This document shows, one piece after another, positions 28,827 through 37,906 of a stretch of DNA of 64,000 nucleotides. The stretch lies in assembly GCA_965140585.1 (NCBI GenBank), contig OZ223265.1, forward strand, positions 32,001 through 96,000, given 5' to 3'. Source of the DNA: Spirochaetia bacterium (GTDB taxonomy: Bacteria; Spirochaetota; Spirochaetia; UBA9216). The notes beneath the pieces are model-generated. The model searched no databases, was not told where the DNA came from, and was given only the letters and a program-made list of their open reading frames with translations. A program made the translations under genes and the position numbers. Each line of letters begins with the position of its first letter. Within the stretch, counting starts at the first letter, position 1.

Positions 28827-29252
28827 ATGAAAATCACATCCATGATAATTATCACTGAGACTGATATTATGTTCGCTATAGAATTAAAAGTAAAACTCTA
28901 TAATTACGGGTACAGGGTAAACCAAATCTTTTCAGACAGTGACGCTGCAGTTGAATATTCCTCTATACATGATCCAGATCTGGTTTTAATTGAGGCTGAA
29001 AATCCGACTGAAACTGCAATTATAGACACAGGAATGAGGCTTAAAGAGCTTAATCCTGCTGTTCAGATTATATTTATAACCGGCAGTTCCGATCCTGAGT
29101 TCCTGAACAAAGTACAGCAGACGGCTCCCTTTGCGGTTTTAAGCAAACCTGTCGGCAACAAGCAGCTGCTTTATGCCATAAACTCTGCGTTATGCAGTAA
29201 GACCTTCAGCAGTAATAATGTACGAGTTGTAAATGAGAGTGCAGCCGGCTGA
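28827..29252 (+). CDS. Atypical receiver-domain protein
   Basis: PDLVLIE (Glu at the phospho-Asp position), IIFITG, LSKPVGNKQL. Confidence 0.75.
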   Translation: MKITSMIIITETDIMFAIELKVKLYNYGYRVNQIFSDSDAAVEYSSIHDPDLVLIEAENPTETAIIDTGMRLKELNPAVQIIFITGSSDPEFLNKVQQTAPFAVLSKPVGNKQLLYAINSALCSKTFSSNNVRVVNESAAG

Positions 29253-29271
29253 TTATCGGTTTCTATAGGTT

Positions 29272-32200
29272 TTACATATATTTCCCGATATCAACAAAAT
29301 CCATTTGCTCAGACGGAAGATATTTTTCTGCATAATCCATATAAATACCTGATTCAAGGAAAAAAATAAAAATCTCCCGGTCTATATGCCCATCCATTGA
29401 CATTGTATTAAGAATCTCAATTGCTTCAGATAACTTTTTAGCCTTTTTATAAGGCCGGTCGGAGGCTGTTAATGCCTCAAAAATATCAGCAATTGTCATG
29501 ATTCTCGCAGGTACAGAGAGTTCTGAAGAATCAAGCCCCTTAGGATAGCCTCTCCCGTTCAGAGCTTCATGGTGAGTGCCTCCGAATTCCGGAATTCTGG
29601 ACATCCCTCTTGGAAGCGGCAAACTCTTCAGCATCACAATAGTCTGCATTATATGTTCATTTATCTTGTATCGTTCCTCTGCTGTCAGTGTTCCGTATGG
29701 AATCTGAAGGTTGTACAATTCCCCCCGGTTATACAGCACATCGGGATGCGGTATTATAAAACCGTACTCATTATAGAGATCTTTTGACCTGTGATCTTTT
29801 TCCTGTATTAAGTGGGAGGCTTTATCTGAAATCAGAAACTCAGTAATCGGTTCGCCTTTTATATAACCGGTGCTTAATCTTTTGGATTCTTCCCGGGAAA
29901 GTCCGGCAGTATGATCAAAATGACTCAGCCAGGTTATCCTGCTGATCTCTATCAAGCGATGCAGATTCTCTTCAGTCATACTGATATCTCCGGTATTGCA
30001 CCGTGCTACAAAGATAAAATCATCATAAAGCTTTTCTTCCTTCTGTTTTCGTTCAGAAAGGGCATTTTCCGGAGTGTCTCCCTTCGAAATGTTTTCAAAT
30101 TCTTCAATTCTGATATCACGAAGGAGAATTTCAAACCTCGTTCTTATCTCATGGATTCTGTTATAAATAGTTTCAAGTTTGACTGCTTTATCGACTACAA
30201 ATTCAGGAGTAGTCATCTTTCCGGCATCATGAAGCCATGCGCCTATAATAAAAGCCCTTTTTTCCTCTTTCGAAACAAATCTGAAGTCAGCCAGTTTACC
30301 TGTATCAGTTTTCTCTGCAGCGTCAGCGATCATTTCAGCAAGCACCGGCACTCTTGCACAGTGCCCTCCTGTGTAAGGGCTTTTGGTATCAATTGCATTG
30401 GCTATCAGCTTTATCAATGCCTCAAACAGTTCATCCTGTGAATCCATCAAATTCCTGTTATATAAAATAGCGGCGGCCTGCGCACTGAGAGCTTCAACAA
30501 AGCTGCGGATATTTCTGCTGAAAGATATTATTTCTCCTGTCTGCTTTGACTGACAGTTTATCAGCTGGAGGGCACCAATTATTTCACTGCCCTGAAGTTT
30601 TAGAGGAACCGTCATAAATGATTTTGAGTAATAGTTATTAAGTTCATCAAATTTTTTGGTACCTGAAAAATCAAACTCAGGGTCGGAATAAGCATCATCA
30701 ATGATTATAGTTTCACCTTTATGGAAGGCACTGGAAACCACATTATGGAAATTCGGCTTCCCATTTTCTTCATAGAGCTTTACAGCAGGAAGTGTGACAG
30801 GAGTCGAACTCGTCCCTCCCTGAGCTATTCCCAGACTGTCATTTAATACTATTTTAAACTCCAGCTCATCACTTTTACCCTTCAGATAAAGACTTCCTCC
30901 GTCTGCTCCCGAAAGTTCTTTGGCTCCCATCAGTATCATTTCAACAAGAGCCTCAGGGCTCTCCTCTATAGACATGGCAATACCCAGTTCAATAATCCTT
31001 TCAAGTTTGCCCATACTTATTTTAAGTTCTTCGGTTTTTACAGCAATTGCAGATTTCATAACCTTAAAAGCAACCGCAAGCTCTTCAAATTCAACAATTG
31101 GAGAATGTTCATTAATCTCGCCGTTAAAGATAAAATCCTGAATCCTGCCGGCATCAAGAGCCAGATGCTCAAGAAATCTGCTCATGTAGCGGCTGAGAAT
31201 CACAACCATCGGAATAATCAGAATGAAAATCACCAGAGAGACAATGATTATTCTCCGCTGAATAAGAAGCTGATGCCCCATAAAGTCTTTTTTGGGAGCC
31301 GTAATAAGAATTCGGTAATCAGCACCACCGGGAATTTTCCATGGATGATCCCATATAAAATAATCCTCCGACTGAAAATCGGAATATCCAAGTGCATTCA
31401 AACTGTTCAATGTTACGAGGTTATCCCCGGAAAAGCTGAAACTATCTGTTATGGCGCTGTTTGCTGCTATAATTCGATCATTATCATCAAGAATGAGAAC
31501 TCCTGCGTTTTCAGATATATGAATATTATCTACAAACTGTTTTAAATTTGACAATGTTATATCAACCCCGGTTACAATATCTTCAGATACTGCTGCGGCT
31601 GCCGTAATACCCGGGTGTTTAAGTGAATTAAACATGTAAGGATCCGTGAGAATTACATTTGGCGCTTCCCGTAAGGCATCCTGAAACCAGGGTCTGTCCG
31701 ACGGTATATATTGAGGATCCGTCTTCACATACTGATCAAGAATCTTTAGTCCCGAATTAAAAAATACCCACTGTTCCTGCCTGTTTTCATCTGATTGCGA
31801 GATAAGTCTTAGAATATATTCTGTATTTTCCGGTGCCGAATGTGCAGAAAGAACAACTGGATTTGCAGATGTTTTTATTATCTGAAGGAATTCACCGCTT
31901 TTATATCCGATGTAAACAGAATATAAAGAACTATTTTGTTCAAGAGCCCTAATGATAAATCTTAAATAACTGTAATCTGTTTTTTCCGGTTCAATTCCAT
32001 CAGTAAAAAACGGGAGAGTCGACATTAAACCGGCAAGATGTTTAGCCTGATCGATTTGAGAGTCAAGTTTCAGCTTGATTGCTGTACCCGTTTCATCAAA
32101 TAGATTTTCCGCCTTATCTTCGCTTACCTGCCTGCTGATTGAGAGGACGGCAAATATTGTCGAGAATGATGTGACAGCCAGTACCAGGAATATTATAAAA

Positions 32201-32298
32201 ATAAGACTGACCTGAAACCTGATATGTATTTTCCCTGTAGATAATCTAATACTCTTTTTCATACCCAGATCAGAATTATAATTCATACATTCAAACAC
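29272..32298 (-). CDS. Cache/HAMP/GAF HD-GYP phosphodiesterase
   Basis: RPWF Cache motif, ADGGSLYL GAF, SPYTGGHC, WLHDAGK, HHEALNGRGYP. Confidence 0.9.
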   Translation of the reverse strand: MFECMNYNSDLGMKKSIRLSTGKIHIRFQVSLIFIIFLVLAVTSFSTIFAVLSISRQVSEDKAENLFDETGTAIKLKLDSQIDQAKHLAGLMSTLPFFTDGIEPEKTDYSYLRFIIRALEQNSSLYSVYIGYKSGEFLQIIKTSANPVVLSAHSAPENTEYILRLISQSDENRQEQWVFFNSGLKILDQYVKTDPQYIPSDRPWFQDALREAPNVILTDPYMFNSLKHPGITAAAAVSEDIVTGVDITLSNLKQFVDNIHISENAGVLILDDNDRIIAANSAITDSFSFSGDNLVTLNSLNALGYSDFQSEDYFIWDHPWKIPGGADYRILITAPKKDFMGHQLLIQRRIIIVSLVIFILIIPMVVILSRYMSRFLEHLALDAGRIQDFIFNGEINEHSPIVEFEELAVAFKVMKSAIAVKTEELKISMGKLERIIELGIAMSIEESPEALVEMILMGAKELSGADGGSLYLKGKSDELEFKIVLNDSLGIAQGGTSSTPVTLPAVKLYEENGKPNFHNVVSSAFHKGETIIIDDAYSDPEFDFSGTKKFDELNNYYSKSFMTVPLKLQGSEIIGALQLINCQSKQTGEIISFSRNIRSFVEALSAQAAAILYNRNLMDSQDELFEALIKLIANAIDTKSPYTGGHCARVPVLAEMIADAAEKTDTGKLADFRFVSKEEKRAFIIGAWLHDAGKMTTPEFVVDKAVKLETIYNRIHEIRTRFEILLRDIRIEEFENISKGDTPENALSERKQKEEKLYDDFIFVARCNTGDISMTEENLHRLIEISRITWLSHFDHTAGLSREESKRLSTGYIKGEPITEFLISDKASHLIQEKDHRSKDLYNEYGFIIPHPDVLYNRGELYNLQIPYGTLTAEERYKINEHIMQTIVMLKSLPLPRGMSRIPEFGGTHHEALNGRGYPKGLDSSELSVPARIMTIADIFEALTASDRPYKKAKKLSEAIEILNTMSMDGHIDREIFIFFLESGIYMDYAEKYLPSEQMDFVDIGKYM

Positions 32299-32363
32299 CG
32301 CAAATCACAAATTTTTAAATAACAGAAAAGAGGAGTCTAATAAAAACCCCTCTCTTCCTGTTT

Positions 32364-33446
32364 TTACTTCTTGAATTGCCTGGCAAGTTTCGCAATGTTT
32401 TTCCACTTTTCCTTCTCTTCCCTGGCAAGTTTTTCATCTGTTCTTCTGTTCAGATACCGTATTTCCTTCTGAAGACTCAGAAAACTGTCATACCTGCGGG
32501 CATCAAGCTCGCCGGCAGCAAGTGCAAGCTGAACGGCACAGCCCGGTTCAGCCTGATGTGAACAGTCGCTGAAACGGCATTCAGAGGCAAGTTCAAGGAT
32601 GTCCTGAAAGGTCTCATTAAGCGAATCCTCGCCAGCCCATAACTGAATCTCTTTCAGCCCCGGAGTATCGATAAGTATAAGCCCCGATGGCAGCAGAAAC
32701 ATCTCACGGTGTGTTGTAGTATGTCTGCCGCGCAGATCCCCCGCTCTGGGAGCGGAAGTCCTCTGAAGATCATTCTCAAGCAGGTAGTTAATTATTGTGG
32801 ACTTTCCTACCCCCGACGGCCCGGTTAGCGCTACAGTAGCCCCCGGCTTTACAGAGCGGGCAAGACTGTCCAGTCCCTCACCGGTCACTGCACTTATCGG
32901 ATAAATATCAACTCCGGGCGCCGCATTAAGCGCCTCGGCAATCACCTGCTCGCGGTATTCATCGCTGCACAGGTCTGCTTTGTTCAGGATAATAACAGGG
33001 ACCGCACCGCTGTTCCAGGCAAGCGTCACGTAACGCTCCAGACCTCCGGATGTATAGTTACGCCCTCCGTCCAGTCCGAAAACAAGAAATATTACATCTA
33101 TATTTGATGCAACAATCTGCTCGTCTGTACGGGCGCCTGCGGTCTTTCGTGAAAATTTTGTCCTCCGCGGAAGTACATGCTCTATGACAGCAGTTGATTC
33201 TGACGCAGGTCTGAAAGCCACCCAGTCTCCTGTAACCGGAAAATCAGAGGGCACCGCGGTTCTGTATTTAAAAGAACCGGAGACCTCTCCGATAAGAAAA
33301 TTATCAGCTGCCTCCTGCTCAATATCGGCAATCGTATAGATATGGCGGCTTTCCTTTACAACACGGCCCGCATGCAGGCCCTGCTCCCTGAAAGGAGCAT
33401 ATTCTTCTTCAAGGAGGCTGTTCCAGCCCCATTTGAAATTATTCAT
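32364..33446 (-). CDS. rsgA: Ribosome small-subunit-dependent GTPase A
   Basis: Circularly permuted GTPase motifs NKADL, GPSGVGKST, GRHTTT, DTPG; zinc finger CRFSDCSH.EPGC. Confidence 0.93.
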   Translation of the reverse strand: MNNFKWGWNSLLEEEYAPFREQGLHAGRVVKESRHIYTIADIEQEAADNFLIGEVSGSFKYRTAVPSDFPVTGDWVAFRPASESTAVIEHVLPRRTKFSRKTAGARTDEQIVASNIDVIFLVFGLDGGRNYTSGGLERYVTLAWNSGAVPVIILNKADLCSDEYREQVIAEALNAAPGVDIYPISAVTGEGLDSLARSVKPGATVALTGPSGVGKSTIINYLLENDLQRTSAPRAGDLRGRHTTTHREMFLLPSGLILIDTPGLKEIQLWAGEDSLNETFQDILELASECRFSDCSHQAEPGCAVQLALAAGELDARRYDSFLSLQKEIRYLNRRTDEKLAREEKEKWKNIAKLARQFKK

Positions 33447-33813
33447 ATTTACTTCTCCATAACTGCTCAACTGGAAACGGAAGCATTGAAATCGGCTTTA
33501 CAGCCAGTTTCAGAAGCATAGCATCATTATCATCTCCCGCAATCCTGTTAAGGCGGATAAATCCGCACATAATACATCTGTGAATGACAGACCATTCTCC
33601 TGAAGGTCTGCACCAGATTGAAATCGGCTCCATTAATCCCCTGCAACCGCAGCGTCTGTCTCCCTTTTTTAAATCAACATGGAGACTGTACAGGCAGTGC
33701 GGGCAGTGATTACGATGTTCTCCCCCGTATTCGGGAGGACTTACTGCGTTTCCGCAGTTGCTGCATATAAAAGTTTCATGATACTCAATATTATTCTGGA
33801 TAGATCTCGACAT
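33439..33813 (-). CDS. RNHCP domain protein
   Basis: F.CSNCG...HRNHCPHCLYSLHVD...CRGLMEP...HRC..CG...NRIAGDDN. Confidence 0.92.
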   Translation of the reverse strand: MSRSIQNNIEYHETFICSNCGNAVSPPEYGGEHRNHCPHCLYSLHVDLKKGDRRCGCRGLMEPISIWCRPSGEWSVIHRCIMCGFIRLNRIAGDDNDAMLLKLAVKPISMLPFPVEQLWRSKYE

Positions 33814-33923
33814 ACATTCCCTTTTAAAGATTGAGATAAATGTACGTGATGTCCTGTTCGATTAGAAATTTAGTTTTAAAAAGATTTTTCCGGAGGGATG
33901 CTTAGACTGGTGTTTTAAAATTT

Positions 33924-33977
33924 TCAGCAGTCAAAATTTCCCTGAACAGGAACATCTTTAACAACAATATCCAACAT
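33924..33977 (-). CDS. Putative leader peptide MLDIVVKDVPVQGNFDC
   Basis: GAGGAGG RBS; the ORF body can pair with 33848-33859. Confidence 0.5.
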   Translation of the reverse strand: MLDIVVKDVPVQGNFDC

Positions 33978-34039
33978 TAACGCCTCCTCAGGTAATTTAA
34001 GATAATTAAATATATGTGCATATTTAAAAGCTGTCAAGT

Positions 34040-34768
34040 TCAATCTGTGAGAAGCCGGTACAGTTCAGCTTCGATAGCCATGAGTTTCGGATGATCCGGA
34101 TTTCGTTCAGATATTTTCAACGGGTTTTCAATGATCTTTCTGATGACGGCCGGGCGTCTTCCCGACAGAACTATAATTTCATCGCCAAGAATCAGCGCCT
34201 CATTGATGTCATGGGTAACAAAAACTGCAGTCCGGTTATCAGCCGTCCAGAGCTTCAAAAACAGACTGGTCAGTTCCAGCTTAAGACGAAGATCCAGAGC
34301 CTGAAAGGGTTCATCCATAAGTATCATGCCGGCGGGGTAAGCAAAGGCTCTCGCAATAGCAACACGCTGACGCATACCGCCGGAAAGTCTTGTAGGATAG
34401 TATTTTTCAAATCCCGACAATCCAACTGCGTGAAGAAAATAGGCAGCTATTTCCCTGCAATCTTTCGGGGAGTGATCGACTTTTAACACAAGTTCAATAT
34501 TCTGCATTGCAGTCCGCCAGGGAAGCAGCCTCGGCTCCTGAAACAGATAGCTTTTACGCTTCGATTCAGCACCGACTTCAATATTTCCTTCCTGCGGCAG
34601 AAGAAGTCCGTGAACAAGATTCAGAAGGCTGGTCTTACCGCATCCGGAAGGACCGAGTATCGCGGTAACTGATGATGCTTTCAGATTCATGCTGAACCCA
34701 CTGAATATAGGCTCTGTGCTGCCCGGATACCTAAAACTGACATTTGAAATCCTTACTGCAGCATCCAT
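34040..34768 (-). CDS. ABC transporter ATPase (SsuB/TauB-like)
   Basis: GPSGCGKT, LSGGMRQR, DEPF. Confidence 0.93.
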   Translation of the reverse strand: MDAAVRISNVSFRYPGSTEPIFSGFSMNLKASSVTAILGPSGCGKTSLLNLVHGLLLPQEGNIEVGAESKRKSYLFQEPRLLPWRTAMQNIELVLKVDHSPKDCREIAAYFLHAVGLSGFEKYYPTRLSGGMRQRVAIARAFAYPAGMILMDEPFQALDLRLKLELTSLFLKLWTADNRTAVFVTHDINEALILGDEIIVLSGRRPAVIRKIIENPLKISERNPDHPKLMAIEAELYRLLTD

Positions 34769-35529
34769 CAGGCACCTCCCCTGATAAATCCTGCCGAAAT
34801 GAAATCAAGTATTTTTTCACTCAGCCAGCTTAGAATAATTGCTGTCAATGTCCAGGCAATAACCTCGGCAGTTTCAAGGTTCATCTGGGCAAACTGCATC
34901 CCGGAACCTATAGCCCTTACCGGCTGGCTTAAGACCTCAGCTGCAATTACCGATTTCCAGGCGACACCCACACTGGCCCGTACACCCGAAAGAATAAAAG
35001 GAACCACCGATGGAACAGTTATATGCAAAAGAATGTCCCGGGAGGAGAGCCTGAAGACCTGGCCCATCTCAATCAGTGCCGGGTCAATGCTCCTTATTCC
35101 TTCGGTTACATTAGCAGTTATTATTGGAAATACCATCAGAAAACAGACAAAAACCGGCACCATATCCGTTTTAAACCATATCATAGCCAGTATTATAACC
35201 GACATCACAGGAACAGTTCTGATTATGGTTATTAAAGGCGAAAGAGCAGAATTAATAGTCCGGTTTGAGCCGCAGGCTATTCCGGTTACGAAGCCGGCAG
35301 CAAATGAAATGAGAAATCCCAGCAGTGTTCTCAGCGCTGTATTGCCTACGGCTTCATGGAATTCAGCCGTAACTGCAATTTCCGAAAGCCTTTTTATAAC
35401 AGCTTCCGGTGCAGGAACAATGATGGGAATATTTATTCTGACCGCAGCAAGCTTCCATATTACAAGCAGAACCGCAGCGGTCAGAATTCCTGGTATAAGT
35501 GTCTTTTTACTTGAAGTAAAAGCCTTCAT
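34768..35529 (-). CDS. ABC transporter permease (SsuC/TauC-like)
   Basis: GIRSIDPALIEMG...SVVPFILSG...WKSVIAAE. Confidence 0.9.
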   Translation of the reverse strand: MKAFTSSKKTLIPGILTAAVLLVIWKLAAVRINIPIIVPAPEAVIKRLSEIAVTAEFHEAVGNTALRTLLGFLISFAAGFVTGIACGSNRTINSALSPLITIIRTVPVMSVIILAMIWFKTDMVPVFVCFLMVFPIITANVTEGIRSIDPALIEMGQVFRLSSRDILLHITVPSVVPFILSGVRASVGVAWKSVIAAEVLSQPVRAIGSGMQFAQMNLETAEVIAWTLTAIILSWLSEKILDFISAGFIRGGA

Positions 35530-36490
35530 CAGGCAGGGAGCCTCCAAGGGATACTGGATCAAGTTCCATGAACATTCCAAGAAAATCAACTACATCAGCC
35601 ATTGCATCCTGTGCAGATATATACTTTATACCCGTAAGAGGAATTGCGCTCGCAGCAGTTGACGCAGCCATTATACCGTATTTCTCTATAACCTGCCCGG
35701 CGGCCTTTGGATCTTCAAGAACCCAGTTAATTGAACGCTCAAGCGCTGCAGAAAGGGCTCTCGCCGCTTCGGGGTTTTCAACAGCAAGACGGGGGCTTAT
35801 TACAAAGGCTGTAAAAGGAAAGGCTTGCTCCCCTCCCCTTAAATCTTTGAGTTCTTCCTGTGGGTCCAGGACATTTTTTACTGCGGGATTTTTCATTCCC
35901 GTCTGCATAACAAAGGGCTGCGGAATAAAAGCAGTATCAGCTTTACCGGCAATCAGCAGCTGGGCGACCTGCGGAGCCTGTGCTGTGAAATCAAGAGTAA
36001 CATCACGATCGGGATTAAGCCCGTTCTTTTCAAGAATATACCTTAGCAGGTAGTCGGGGGTTGCACCCTTTCCTGTTATATAAATCTTTTTTCCTTTTAG
36101 ATCTGCCCAGTCTTTTACGTCCGGATCCGATGAAACCATGTACAGTGAGCCGAGTCCGCTTACAGCGGCAAGTTTAAAACCGGGCCCCTTTGAATAAAGC
36201 TTTGCTGCAGTATTTACCGGCAGAAATACACCATCGGCCTGTCCGCTTGTCATTTTGGCTATCGCTTCAACAGGCGATGATACAATTATGTATTCGGCCC
36301 GTACTCCGTAGCCTGGCTGAAAATTCTCATTAAGCAGCCCTGCGGCAGCAAAACCTGAAGGCCCCTTTAAAGCAGCCACTGTCACTGTAATATCCTCGGC
36401 AGCAGCAGGCAGAACAGCTGCCGCAGAAAGAACTGCAGTCAGCAGAACAGTGAGTATTACTTTCTTAATACCTGTTTCTCCTCGTGTCAT
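35507..36490 (-). CDS. ABC substrate-binding protein (SsuA/MqnA-like fold)
   Basis: Signal peptide; DLKGKKIY..GKGATPD. Confidence 0.85.
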   Translation of the reverse strand: MTRGETGIKKVILTVLLTAVLSAAAVLPAAAEDITVTVAALKGPSGFAAAGLLNENFQPGYGVRAEYIIVSSPVEAIAKMTSGQADGVFLPVNTAAKLYSKGPGFKLAAVSGLGSLYMVSSDPDVKDWADLKGKKIYITGKGATPDYLLRYILEKNGLNPDRDVTLDFTAQAPQVAQLLIAGKADTAFIPQPFVMQTGMKNPAVKNVLDPQEELKDLRGGEQAFPFTAFVISPRLAVENPEAARALSAALERSINWVLEDPKAAGQVIEKYGIMAASTAASAIPLTGIKYISAQDAMADVVDFLGMFMELDPVSLGGSLPDEGFYFK

Positions 36491-36511
36491 TCGATCATCC
36501 TTTAAAATTTT

Positions 36512-36784
36512 TTATTCCGGTTCAATCGTTTTGCTGATACCGGTTTTAACAGTTACCCCGTCAATTCTACCGAGTTTACCTGTAAATGCACCTATTTCGT
36601 CTGTATTGGCATGGAGGATAAGAGTAATTATTGAAAGTTTCCCGGTATCTATATTAGGAAGGCCCATTCGGCCCATTATAATAGTAGAAAATTCAGAAAT
36701 TATCTGCTGCACGGCAGATGCACTTTTTTCCCGTTCCTGAATTATAATTCCGGTAAATGCGTATCGTTTTTCCGACAGGCTCAT
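36512..36784 (-). CDS. TM1266-family ('iron-only hydrogenase system regulator') ACT-like protein
   Basis: GIII..R...VQQIISEF..IIMGRMGLP...IITL...DEIGAFTGKLGRIDGVTVK. Confidence 0.85.
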   Translation of the reverse strand: MSLSEKRYAFTGIIIQEREKSASAVQQIISEFSTIIMGRMGLPNIDTGKLSIITLILHANTDEIGAFTGKLGRIDGVTVKTGISKTIEPE

Positions 36785-36892
36785 CTTTCCTCCTTCTGGA
36801 GGAAGGTTATTGAAGTGATGTTCATTTTACACCTCAGGTCAGTAAAACCTTCCATCAGAGCCTCTACAGGATATTATCAAAAACTGCATCTG

Positions 36893-37639
36893 TCAATCAG
36901 ATAGATTTTTTATAAATTCATTCATCCCAGCATCGAGAGAACTGTGAATAAAATTGTACAGAGCTCGCTGATTTTCAGCATCCATATTGCGATCGAAGAT
37001 CATGACATGTATTTTTCTGCCGGTAATCTTGCGTTCAAGATTCTTCATTGCTTTAAGATAGAGGTGATCCTCTCCAAGATCCAATCTTATTTCCAAAAGT
37101 TCATCTGAGACAGGGATCTCGCTTTGATCCGGAAGGCTGCAGGATAATCCGAGTGAACTTATATCATGAACATGACCTTCAGCAACCATCGTCGGCAGAA
37201 TAACCTTGATACCGGCTACAGTTTCACCGTACCCCCCGTATCTTACAAAATTTCTCCGGCCTTTGCCTCCGAAACTCGTAAACGTATTGCGCAGATCCTC
37301 TATAACCGTTTCAGGATCCCCGTGGCAACAGACTGAAGCATCCCAGAAATCAGTTTCAGGCGGTAGATCTTCATAGAGGGAAATCATGGTTATCTTGTGT
37401 TCATATTCTAAATCAGATAGCTGATCGTAAACATCCTTCGCAAGCCAGTTGAAATCGTTTTTAATCAGATTTATACATAGGATACTGCCCGGATAGAATT
37501 CCATCAACACACGTATTTTTTCATGATCTGATAAATAGTATATTTCAAACTGGTCTCTCAAGTAGCCGTGAAATATTTTATCCCTCAACTGTTTATCTGG
37601 GTAAAGAATAAATATTTTTTTTCCGGAAAAATCATCCAT
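36893..37639 (-). CDS. Hypothetical protein with PilZ-like C-terminal domain
   Basis: RRNFVR...HDISSLGLS motifs. Confidence 0.6.
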   Translation of the reverse strand: MDDFSGKKIFILYPDKQLRDKIFHGYLRDQFEIYYLSDHEKIRVLMEFYPGSILCINLIKNDFNWLAKDVYDQLSDLEYEHKITMISLYEDLPPETDFWDASVCCHGDPETVIEDLRNTFTSFGGKGRRNFVRYGGYGETVAGIKVILPTMVAEGHVHDISSLGLSCSLPDQSEIPVSDELLEIRLDLGEDHLYLKAMKNLERKITGRKIHVMIFDRNMDAENQRALYNFIHSSLDAGMNEFIKNLSD

Positions 37640-37722
37640 ATATATAGATTATGAAAAACAAATGAGCTTAGCAAATTAATATTGGACTAATATTAATTTT
37701 TCTGCTAAATTATCACTTGAAG

Positions 37723-37822
37723 TAAAGGGGAGTAGCTGACAGGAGACTGTTTTAACTGTTCGTCAATACGGCAATAAAAGCCCGGGCAGTTAATTCCTTA
37801 TTCAGGAAATGCAAGACCTTTA
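37723..37822 (+). ncRNA. yybP-ykoY (Mn2+) riboswitch
   Basis: TAAAGGGGAGTAGC...CGTCAATAC...GCAAGACCTTTA hallmark. Confidence 0.9.
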
Positions 37823-37864
37823 TCCATGCATAAGTTTTGTGCAGGGATAAAGGTCTTTTTTTTT
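37813..37864 (+). terminator. Riboswitch expression-platform terminator
   Basis: AAGACCTTTATCC...GGATAAAGGTCTT plus a T run, overlapping the 3' strand of P1. Confidence 0.85.
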
Positions 37865-37906
37865 AGGTATTAAAAAGCTAATATTAGAGAGAGGGAGTAA
37901 TTTTTT

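Noticed and set aside
34799-36053. Long plus-strand ORFs (287 aa, 161 aa)
   Set aside because: Antisense to well-supported ABC transporter genes.
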